Shown piece after piece: positions 22,242 to 32,899 of a stretch of DNA of 60,000 nt. The notes below the pieces were generated by a model. That model searched no databases, had not been told where the DNA came from, and saw nothing but the letters and a program-made list of their open reading frames with translations. A program made the translations under genes and the position numbers. This stretch comes from Lama glama (Eukaryota), in the NCBI GenBank assembly GCA_028534125.1, contig CM052817.1, forward strand, positions 25,546,001 to 25,606,000, written 5' to 3'. Numbering within the stretch: position 1 is the stretch's first letter; each line of letters opens with the position of its first letter.

Positions 22242-22670
22242 TGTGAGCTGGCCTTGAGACGAGTTAAGGCCGTGGGACCCAAGGCCACGGCCAGAGCCTT
22301 GAGATAAGTTAAGGCTGTGGGACCCAAGGCCACGACTACAGAGCATGTTTGTAGTATGCAGTAAATAATTGCTCCACGCAGGCGTCAATTATATAAGATT
22401 TAGAACAGAGAAAATAGAAGTATGCATGTGTTAGAGATATTCTGTAAGCCTAATGAACAAAGAAACTCAGACTGCGCATGTGCTGACAGGAAAACAGATA
22501 AAAGCAGGACGGGTGCATCATAGGCGCGCACCTCCCTGTGGCAGTAAAGTGTTGTTAACCCCGTGGTGTCTCTGGCTGAAGTCTGTCTGGCAATGTGGCA
22601 ACTCCTTGTGCATTTTTTCGTTTGGGCCGCTCACCTCCTAGAACCCCACATCAGCCTCCCTCAACTGACA
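22242..22670 (+). repeat. 3' LTR (429 bp) with a 45-bp tandem duplication in U3
   Basis: Copy of the 5' LTR plus a repeat unit (22251-22295 repeated at 22296-22334). The poly(A) hexamer reads AGTAAA. Confidence 0.95.
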
Positions 22671-22672
22671 CT

Positions 22673-25640
22673 ACCATAGAATATTTCACCCACTTAAAGT
22701 GTACAATTCAATGACTTTAGGTATGTTCATAGAATTGTGCAACCATTACTACAATTTAGAACATTTTCATCACTCTAAAAAGAAGAACCATACCCCTTAG
22801 CTGTCACCCTTCAATGCCCCATATGCCCCAGCCCTAGACAGCCACTATAGATTGCACTAATCTCTTATAGATTTGCCTATTTTGGACATTTCATATAAAT
22901 AGAATCATGTACTATGTGGTTCCTTGTGTTTTATTTTTGTGTTTTTTTTTTTACTTAGCCTAGTGTTTTCAAGGTTCATCCATGTTATATCATGTGTCAG
23001 GATTTCATTTTTTTTTCTACATAACTTTCCATTGTATGGTTATACCACATTTTATTTATCCATTCATCAGTTGATGGACACTTGGGTTGTTTACACTTAT
23101 GGCTGTCATGAATATACAAACATTCATGTACAAGTTTTTGGTAGACATATTTTCTCTTGGGTGTACACATAGGTGCTGCATCATATGGTAACTATGTGTA
23201 GACTTTTGAGGCATTCTAGGCTAGCTAAACCATTTTATATTTCCCTCAGCAGTGTATAAGGGCTCCAATTTCTCCACATCCTTGCTAACACTTCATATCA
23301 TCTGACTTTCATTCTAGCCTTCTTATTGGGAATAAAGCGATATGCCATTATGGTTTTAATTTGCATTTCTTTGATACCTAATGATACTGAGCATCTTTTC
23401 ATGTGTATATTAGTCATTGTTTATCTTCTTTGCAATCTTGTTGAACTTATTTTAGTTCTAATAGTTTTTTTTAATTAAAGTATAGTCAGTTTACAACGTT
23501 GTGTCAATTTCTGGTGTACAGCATAATGGTTCTGTCATATATATATATATATATACATATATTCATTTTTATATTCTTTTTCATTATAGGTTACTACAAG
23601 AAATTGAATATAGTTCCATGTGCTATACCATATAAACTTGTTGTTTATTTATTTTATATATAGTAATTAGTATCTGCAAATCCCAAACTCCTAATTTATC
23701 CCTTTCCACCCCCTTCACCCCCCAGTAATCATAAGTTAGTTTTCTATGTCTGTGAGTCTGTTTCAGTTTCATAAATAAGTTTGCCTTTTTTTTAGATTCC
23801 ACATATAAATGATATCATATGATATTTTTCTTTGTCTTTCTGGCTTACTTAGAATGACAATCTCCAGGTCCATCCATGTTCCTGCAAATGGCATTATTTT
23901 ATTATTTCTTATAGCTGAGTATTATTCCATTGAATACAACTTCTTTATCCAGTCATCTGTCGATGGACATTTAGGCTGTCTCCATGTCTTGGTTATTGTA
24001 AATAGTGCTACTATGAACATTGGGGTGCATGTATCTTTTTGAATTAAAGTTCCCCCTGGATATATGCCCAGGAGTGGAATTGCTGGATCAAGTAGTAAGG
24101 CTATTTTTAGTTTTTTGAGGAATCTCCATACTGTTTTCCATAACTGTTACACAAAACTATGTTCCCACAGAGTGTAGGAGGATTCCCTTTTCTCCACACC
24201 CTCTCCAGCATTTATCATTTGTGGACTTTTGAATGATGGCCATTCTGACTGGTGTGAGGTGATACCTCATTGTAATTTTGATTTGCATTTCTCTGATAAT
24301 TAGTGATAGTGAGCATTTTTTCATGTGCTTATTGGCCATTTGTACATCTTCATTGGAGAATTGCTTGTTTAGGTCTTCTGCCCATTTTTGTATTGGATTG
24401 TTTGGTTTGTTTGGGTTTTGTTTTTTTTTAACAAGCTATATGAGCTGTTTATATCGTCTGAAAATTAAGCTCAGTCTCATCTTTTGCAAATATTTTCTTC
24501 CATTCCGTAGGTTGTCTTTTTGTTATGCTTATGGTTTCCTTTGCTGTGCAAAAGCTTATAAGTTTGATTAGGTCCCATCTGTTTACTTTTGCCTTTATTT
24601 CTATTGCCTGGGTAGACTGCCCTAGGAAAACATTGTTAAGATTTTTATCAGAGAACGTTTTGCCTATGTTTTGTCCTAAGAGGTTTATAGTCTTATGTTT
24701 AAGTCTTTAAGCCATTTTGAGTTTATTTTTGTGTATGGTGTGAGGGAATATTTTTTTTAAACGTAAAAAAAACTTTATTTATTATTGCATTATTTAATTA
24801 TTTTATTTTGGCAGGGTGGGTGAGGTAATTCAGTTTATTTATTTTTAGAGGAGGTACTAGGGATTGAACTCATGATCTTATGCATGCTAGGCATATGCTC
24901 TACTACTTGAGCTATATCCTCCCCGAGGAGTATTCTAACTTCATTGATTTACATGCAGCTGTCCAGTTTTCCCAACACCACTTGCTGAAGAGACTGTCTT
25001 TACTCCATTGTATATTCTTGCCTCCTCTGTCAAAGATTAATTGCCCAAAAGTCTCTGTGTTTATTTCTGGGCTCTCTATTCTGTTCCATTGATCCATATG
25101 TCTGTTTTTTGTACCAATATTATGCTGTTTTGATTACTGTGGCTCTGTAGAATTGACTGATGTCTGGGAGGGTTATTCCTCCAGCTTCATTCTTTTTCTT
25201 CAGGATTGCTTTGGCAATTCTGAGTCTTTTGTGATTCCATATGAATTTTAGGATTATTTGTTCTAGTTCTGTGAAAAATGTCCTGGGTAATTTGATAGGG
25301 ATCACACTAAATCTGTAGATTGCCTAACAGTTTTTTAGTGTTTTCTACAAACAAGATCATGTTATCTGCAAAATGTCATCTTCTTCTTTCCTGATATGGA
25401 TGATTTTGTAACACGTTCTTGCCTGATTGCCGGGGCCAGCACTCCCAGTACAACGTGGAACAGGAGTGGTGAGAGCAAACATCCTTGTCTGGTTCCGAAT
25501 TTGGGACACAACTTTGAGTATTTCACCATTAAGTATGATGTTAGCTGTGAGTTTTTCATCTATGCTTTTTTATCATGCTGTGGAAGTTCCCATCTATTCC
25601 TAGTGTGCTGAGTGTTTTTCATCAGGAAGAGGTAGAGAGT
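22673..25640 (-). mobile_element. Old L1 (L1MB-like) 3' portion with nested younger L1 (~23465-25325)
   Basis: Antisense L1 3'UTR motifs (ttaaagtgtacaattca, ccattcatcagttgatggaca). L1 ORF2-like translations on the minus strand ([37 protein letters not shown]). Confidence 0.85.
24750..24924 (-). mobile_element. Vic-1-type SINE nested in L1
   Basis: The reverse complement reads GGGGAGGATATAGCTCAAGTAGTAGAGCATATGCCTAGCATGCATAAGATC...TTCAATCCCTAGTACCTCC plus an A-rich tail. Confidence 0.8.
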
Positions 25641-25725
25641 ACAGTTTCTTAGTCAACAGGGAAGAAAAAAAATGCTCTGACCACAGTGCCCTGGTTTGGA
25701 GGTGCCTCTCACAGCAGGGTTAGTA

Positions 25726-25908
25726 CAGGTAACCATTGAACAAAGCAGGTGTTAGGGGCACCTAACCCATATATAACTTTACAGTGGGCCCTACAATCTG
25801 TGGTTCCCAACCATGGATTCAGCCGAGAACAGTGTAGTGCTATGTATTGAAAAAATCTGTGTAAGTGGACCAGTGCAGTTCAAATTCGTATTGTTCAAGG
25901 GTCAGCTG
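25726..25908. mobile_element. Tigger2/MER8-like MITE
   Basis: TIRs CAGGTAACCATTGAACAA / TTGTTCAAGGGTCAGCTG flanked by TA. Confidence 0.7.
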
Positions 25909-28900
25909 TACTCATGGTTGTGTTCCATTTCTTCCCTCCCTCCCTCCTCCCCCAGCAAAAAGCACAATTCCTCTCTCCAACTGACCCCAGACCTCAAACT
26001 GTGCCCTATGAAGCTGGCTGGGACTGAAAAATGGCATCACTTAGACATTTAGCTTTTAATTAATTCTCCCTAACTACTTAAAACTTCCCAGCAAATTTTT
26101 TAAATTGCCACCTGAGTAAATCTTAGGCAAAGGCCAGCCTCATCTCCAGCTACTGACCTGAAGGGAGGGTCCCTCTTTCAGTTTTACAAAACATCAACAA
26201 GCACCTTTGTACACAATCTTGGTCCGAGTGTTTTTTCACTGTCACCTTAGAATAATTCCTGAAAGAAATGAATAAATGCCTTGGATGATTTTTCATGTTT
26301 GTTGACAATTTCTACCACTTTCGTGAATTACTTGTTCATGTCATTTACCTATTTCTATATCAGTATTATATTTTTACTATTTAATTATATGTTCTTTTTT
26401 ATGTTACTAATCCTCTGGCAGACTTTATGGAAACTTCTTTGCTCATTGTTTATGTCTTTATTTCATGACCTTCTTGTACCTTTTTATATAAACAAGTAAG
26501 TTGCTTTTCTCTTTGCTATTCCTGTCATTTAGTTGTGTGCTGGTAAACCAAGTTACAAAAAAACCAAAAAGCCTCATTTGTAGCACCTGACAATATCTGC
26601 AGCGTAAGTACTTCCACTGTAATTCATTTCTAGCTATCAACTGACCTGCTTGCAAAATTCCTGAATGTTTAACTAGTGGTTTTCACAAGCCTATACAAAC
26701 TAGCTCCAGCAGACCACTGCCACATTTTGTGTTTAGGTTTAGAAAGATCTTCTTCATAACAAGGTCAAATAAATATGTGTGTATGTGTTCTTCTCAAAGA
26801 TAATTTTTTAGTCATTTCTATTTTTTATTATCCAAGTAATGTTTACTGAAGGAAAAAATCAGGAAATATAAATAAATAAAAACAAAAATTTCAAATCAAT
26901 AATAGTCTTATCCTATAGAGACACACCAATATCATTTTCATAGCAACTATGCAGACTCTTTTCTATGTACGTGAACATGCTTTAGGCTCTTGACTCCTGC
27001 TACCAAATTGCTGTTCAGAAAGTTTGCACAATTTACACACACACCCCTCAGGTGACATTGGACCATGTATTCTGTTTTGTAATCTGTTTTTATTCGTCTA
27101 TACTACATCATAAATATCTTTTCATATCAGTAAAAATCCACCTACAACTTTGTTATTATTGGCTGAATAATGTTCCATTTTACTTATAACATATTTTTAA
27201 AATATTTTAATTAACAATGTATTCAACCAATTGGCTATTGTTGGGTGTTGAAGTTGTTTCCAAACATTGTATTATTATTATAAACAACTCTGCAGTAAGC
27301 AGCTTGTTCATACATTTCCTTAGGATGTATATGAACAATTATTTCCTTAGGATATATTCCATGAAGTAGACTTTCTGAACCAATGGATGTATATCCATAC
27401 CATTATTCTCTGCCTTTTCTTCTATTACTATGAATGCTATGTCTATTTTTATGATTGTTTAATCCAAATATAGGACAGATTTTTAGGCTGTTAATCTGCC
27501 ATGTAATTCCAGAGCCCACCAACAATTTTAGTTTCCCTTTCCATCTGTTGATTCTACGGATTATGGAATAGGGTGCTGACTGGAACTTTTCCTGACTTGG
27601 GTCCAAAACCAAAGACTAGGAAGTGTTATTTACTCCACATTCTAAAGAGAGCTGCCAACAGATGGGGCTAAGCCCTCCCGTCAGGGCATTCTAAAAAGCA
27701 GTTGAACCAAATAGTGCCTCCTCACCATCACCCCATCCTCACATTTCCCAGATACACAACAACTCAGGGGAGGGCAGAGAGCATCAGCAGCACTGAGATA
27801 ATGGTGTTTATGATATAACGCTGCATCCTTTTCTCCTGTGGGAGAGGTGGCATCCTCTCCTTCCCAAGCCAACGGCAATGGGTTTGCTGGTAGAATCACT
27901 CACGGAGACTGGACAGGAAGACTAGTTCTCTCTCTCTTCAGGTGGATGGTTGCTTTGATGCACAAATGTGCAGGACACCCCTGAACTCCCCGCCAAGGAT
28001 ATTCCCTTTCTGAGCAGCCTTAGAGGACATTACCCGTGCCCTGGGGAGTTTAGGTGTGTAAGGAAACAGAGGGACTGGTATCTACTCTCCTGGAGATTTC
28101 TGTTGGAGTAAACCTTGCCAACAAGCAATCAGAGACTGTGGTGGCATATCCCTGGGAATGGCGGTGTGCCTCCACCTCAGCTTGCCTTGGTCCTCAGACT
28201 CAGAGAAGGCACAGGGAGGACTTCATTCATTCTTGTGATTCCATATAAAGGAGAATGGAGGCCAGAGAAGACAAGAGTATGTGGAACAGAGCTAACTGGC
28301 TAGCCTGAGCCCTTGAATGACTTTGTGGAGTAGAGTCAGCTACCTATCCTGGACTTCCTAACTATATTTGACCAATTATTTAAGAAAGAATAAATTTCTA
28401 TGTTATTTGAGCTCTATGTTTGGGGTCTCCCTGTCCTGCAGTTCAGCCCGTACCTTAATAGACACAGTCACAGAATCAAACATCTGCCTTCCTGCCCCTC
28501 ATTCCTGGTCTCCACATCAGAAAGCTAGACCTGGGAGAGGGCGGAGCAGGAAGCATGCATCTCAGGTAGACCACGCCCTCCTCACTGTACACACCCGAAG
28601 ACTGAGCTGTAAGCCTAGCTTATACGTGGGGAACAGAGAGGAGCTTTAGATGGAATTGGAGATTGAAGATTTTAAGCTAGATTCCATTACTAATACCTCA
28701 AAAGGACCAAAGAGATCTGAAATCTGCTCACAATATCACTAAGGGGTGGGAGAAGGGGAGAATTTTAGAATCCAGTTCATATTTAGACTTGACTCTGTTG
28801 AGATTCCTTATAAACTGTAATTAAAAACCCCCAGAAAGGTCCTTCGGCTTTAAAAATCCCTTCAGATCCCTTTCACTGCCTGAAATGTATTCTCATTCCT

Positions 28901-30571
28901 TTCTAATCAAACCAATCTCCAGAAACCAAGACAGAAATTGACCTCCTCCTTTCCCAGTATTGTGTTTTGCATTCTTACTCTCATTAGCATTCATTCTCTC
29001 CATATTCCTGAGTCCAGTCATGGAGTCACTGTCTTTCCCCTGCTCTCATACCCATCCAACCCCTTCTTTTTGCCAATCTCTCCCTTTTTCAGACTTCCAG
29101 AACGTCAGAACTGTGAGGAATACATTCCTGTTGTCCAAGCCGCCCAGCCTGTGGTGCTTTGTTCTGGCAGCCCTGTCGGACCGATGCACCACTCTTCTCG
29201 ATAACCGTCATGCGGCAGGCAACCCCACCCCGTCTCCTCGACTCCCATTCTCACCCTCACCGTGACACCAGGTCATGATAGGGGCTCGACTTTTCTTCTA
29301 ACTAACTGCAAGGGGAGGTCATTAGAAGGTTTTAAGCAGGGTGCCCTGTCACTTTGGGCCGTCCAAGCCAACCTCTCACCTTCTGAATTCCCCAGATGGG
29401 AAGCACTTTGTCCATTCATTCAACAAATATTTACCAAGCACCTGTATTTGCAAAGCATTATTTACTGATCTCTATGTTCACAATACCCACCTCACTCTCA
29501 AAACTCTAGGGGACAGTCATCCAGCTCTTCTGAGAGCTCTCACACCAAACACTGTCTGCTGCACTGGACCTGAGCGTTCCCGTTACTCTGCAAGCTTCCA
29601 GGCTGGGAGTGGGATGACAGGCTACTCTTCTAAGCCTAGAGTCCCTCTTCTTAGGCTTTGAAGGAAATCCAAAGCATTCTCCCCATAGGTCTAGAACCTC
29701 CCCTTAAAGACTCTCTAGTCACCCTTTTGAATCCAGCCTTCTGGAGATGGGTAATATGAGCTGCGAGATACTGGCTTCTTTCTGCTATTTTTCAGTAAGT
29801 CCAGCCTGGCTGTGCCTAGTATCTCAGTTTAAAATGTGGTGGTATTTACTACCTTTTGGCAGCTTTGAGGCATTCGCCAAAATTCTAACACAACCAGAAA
29901 ACTCCTATTTCATAACCAGTTACAAATAAATTTGGCTCTGAGTTTCCTCGGCAAGCAGGTAAATCATGTCTTTGGCCTCAACAGCCTATGACTAAGGTTA
30001 TCTTTCCCATTATATATATAAACTATTATGCCATGCATCCCCACTGGTTAATTACATATTTGTGTAGCAAGGTCAGACATGTCATAAACGATTACTCAGC
30101 TGTGAAAAAAAAAAGTCTTTATTTTCTATAACTGCTCTAATTTTTTCCCAAGTCCCAAAATTGAGCAGGATGACAGAACCCATCCAGAGGCAAGTGAGGA
30201 TCCACAGAACAGCCCAAGCACCATTGCATACAGTTCTGAAGTGGACACTTTCCTTGCTGCCATGAGGTCCCATAAACTCCTGCTCACACAAAATCCATTT
30301 GGGAAAGGAGAAGAGAAAAGGAAGGTCCTTGAATGACTGAGCATTTACTCAGAAGAGACTGCTTCAATTTGAAATGGAATGGTTCAACCAGAAGAGACTG
30401 AGCTCCCTGTAATTGAGCACCACCTCAGCCCTCAGCCTGGTTTAATTTTTAGGTCTTACATGAATGCATGGAGATAATGGAGGCACCATCCGAAAATAAC
30501 TTAAAACCACCATGTTCATCAGAATCCAAGTTAATGAGAGTTTCTTAAGTTGAATTTTCTGATTCTTTTCA

Positions 30572-32634
30572 TTAAGTTGGTATGTCATTGTTTTCAGTGA
30601 TCAGTGTTAATTTCATATTAAAAGCAGCTCTAATATTAGCCCAAAAAAGTCCATGTTTGCTCTTCTCCTTGGGCCATTCTAAGTAAGTCCGCTGTGCCAT
30701 GAGAGCCCTCAGCTTGTGATACTTGCCAGGAATGCTGTTCTGTGGAATGGGTTCCAGCAAGATCAGGATTAAGTTATTGGATCCTTCATGGAAGAGGTTG
30801 TGGTGGGCGAAGTAGAGTTCATAATGGCACCACTCGCTCTGAACAAAGTTGGGAGACAAGACAAAGATGGACTTGTAACTTTTCTCAATACAGTTTATGA
30901 TATTTTCCACGATGCTCTTGCCGGGAACAAAATTCCTCTCATGAAGACAAATCTTTATATCTTCTTTTTCTAGGCAAGGTACCAGTTCATTCTTCACCCA
31001 GGCAGAATCATGTTNNNNNNNNNNNNNNNNNNNNNNNNNNNNNNNNNNNNNNNNNNNNNNNNNNNNNNNNNNNNNNNNNNNNNNNNNNNNNNNNNNNNNN
31101 NNNNNNNNNNNNNNATTGAATTATAGTCAATGATCAGTACAGAAAGGCTGCTAAAGGTACCACATCCAGGAAGGTGGGCTAAAAAATTGAAAGCAACATT
31201 GAGCTCTTGCAAAGCTTCTAGACTGGTGACATCTTTAGGGATGCTCCTTATTCTGTTATTGTGAAGATCAAGAACCTTGACCCTGGGAGGTAAACATCTG
31301 AAAACAGAGTCAGAAAGTATATTTGAAGACAAATCTAACACCACTATACTCCCAACCCAAATGCAGTTTTCATCATGTCTATCATATTCCAAAGAATTCC
31401 AGCTAACATCCAGTATTTCCAAAGACAGCATATCCTTAGTCATGAGACCTACTTTGAAAAGGTCTTTTAATTTATTCTTTTGTAAGATAAGTGTCTCCAA
31501 TCTAGCTAAAGTGTTGCAATTTTGAAAAACACTATCTGTGAAAACATTCTGGGTAAAGTTTAAAAACTTAAATGTGCTTGGTACCTGCGGACAAAGCATA
31601 TGTACAAAAAATGTGTCTGATATGGTTAACATCACAATGTTCATCTCAGAAAACACTGTGTATAATGCTGTCTGTGAAAAAAGAAAAACTCTGTTTATAA
31701 CATGTTCCATTTTCAATGCTTTCAATGTTGTTTTTTGATAAGTAAAGTCTTCTTCATCAATGCTTTCAACTATTGTCAAATTGTAAATATTGAGATATTC
31801 TATTGGTTTGGGCCAAAGGAATTGAAAAGCTCTAATCAAACATTTCCAAGTTGTTTCTACGTGGTTGAGGGTAAAGTTCAGTAAGTTTGGCCCTCTAGTG
31901 AGTTCTGTCAAAAATTTAAGTAAAACTTGACAGTTGTCATCATTCAATTTAATATTAGTCAGTTGTAAGCACCTTAAACTATTAACTGATATGTTCACTT
32001 GGACAGAGAAGAAGCTATCTGGGTGAAAAACAAGGTGAAGTTCCTTTGTATTCAGAATTTGAAGACTTTCTTTCTCATTTTCTTTCATATAATAACCTTC
32101 CAAATCCAGAAGGATGCAACTTAGATGCAAGTGAGCAATTGGCAGTAGATCTAATTGTTGGAACTTTGTAGCACTTAATCCCAAGAAATTCAGTTGAGTC
32201 AAGTTGCCAAATTCCTTGCAGATGGGCAGGGCATCAAAGTCATTGAATGAGAGGTCTAAATGCTTGAGACTCATTATGGGATGGCAGGACACCTTCTGCA
32301 AGCGATTGTGAGATAAATCCAAATATTCCAAATCCTGGTTGAACTTGAAAATACTAACATCAAGGCACTGAATTCTATTATGAGAAAGTCTCAAAACTTT
32401 CAGCCCTGAGAGAAAGCTGACGTTAGAGAGGTGAAGCTCAGATATGTAGTTTTGAGACAAATCTAAGACTTTGGTTTCTGGTGGCAGGTCTTTTGGAACA
32501 TGACTAAGGCCTAGTTTTGACATGTCTACCACAAATTCGCTTTCATCAGAGAACTGGATTATGGTTCCAAATATTAAAGTCACGATGTAAACAAAATGAA
32601 AGCTTCTGACAGTAGAGTCTTTGTCTTTGGTCAT
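30572..32634 (-). CDS. TLR6: Toll-like receptor 6 (coding exon interrupted by N gap 31015-31114; predicted 796 aa)
   Basis: MTKDKDSTV... N-terminus, LRRs, the TLR6-specific [16 protein letters not shown] and NFTQNVF, and a TIR ending [15 protein letters not shown]. Acceptor gtttctAG at 32705-32704. Alignment to TLR1 implies 428 bp missing in the gap, which restores frame and gives 2391 nt. Confidence 0.95.
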
Positions 32635-32899
32635 GGTGTTGAAGTGGCCATCCCTCGAAGGGTTGCTGCTGTTCTTCAGAACATCTTGATATGCATCCAA
32701 ATTCTAGAAACATAATACACGTTAAGATGTGTAAAGATTGGATGATTGCTCTCAAACCTCGACTTACTAAACACAAAGTCTCAGTGAGTTCATCATTCAC
32801 TACCCGAATCATTTCTGTCCCCATCATTTAATGTGTTCTTTTTTCCAGTTATACCAGTTGCTTGTGCCAGGAAAGGCAATAGAGATCTTGTTATTAAAG

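Larger units (their letters stand above)
15914..22670 (+). mobile_element. Full-length class III endogenous retrovirus (ERV-S/HERV-S-like): LTR-gag-pro-pol-env-LTR, defective
   Basis: Paired TG...CA LTRs, tRNA-Ser PBS and PPT AGGGGGTGGAA. ERV-L-type Gag without a CCHC finger, RT with YIDD, RNase H, integrase and gamma-type env. Length 6757 bp. Confidence 0.93.

Noticed and set aside
22251..22334. Repeat-spacer-like array (CRISPR-like)
   Set aside because: Only two units inside an LTR U3 in mammalian DNA; it is an enhancer duplication.
30572..32700. TLR6 split into 568-aa and 141-aa ORFs, suggesting a pseudogene or an N-terminal extension (MDAYQD...)
   Set aside because: The frame break comes from the arbitrary 100-N gap (true size ~428 bp). 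The extension begins at a TTG in the 5'UTR; the conserved ATG is at 32634.
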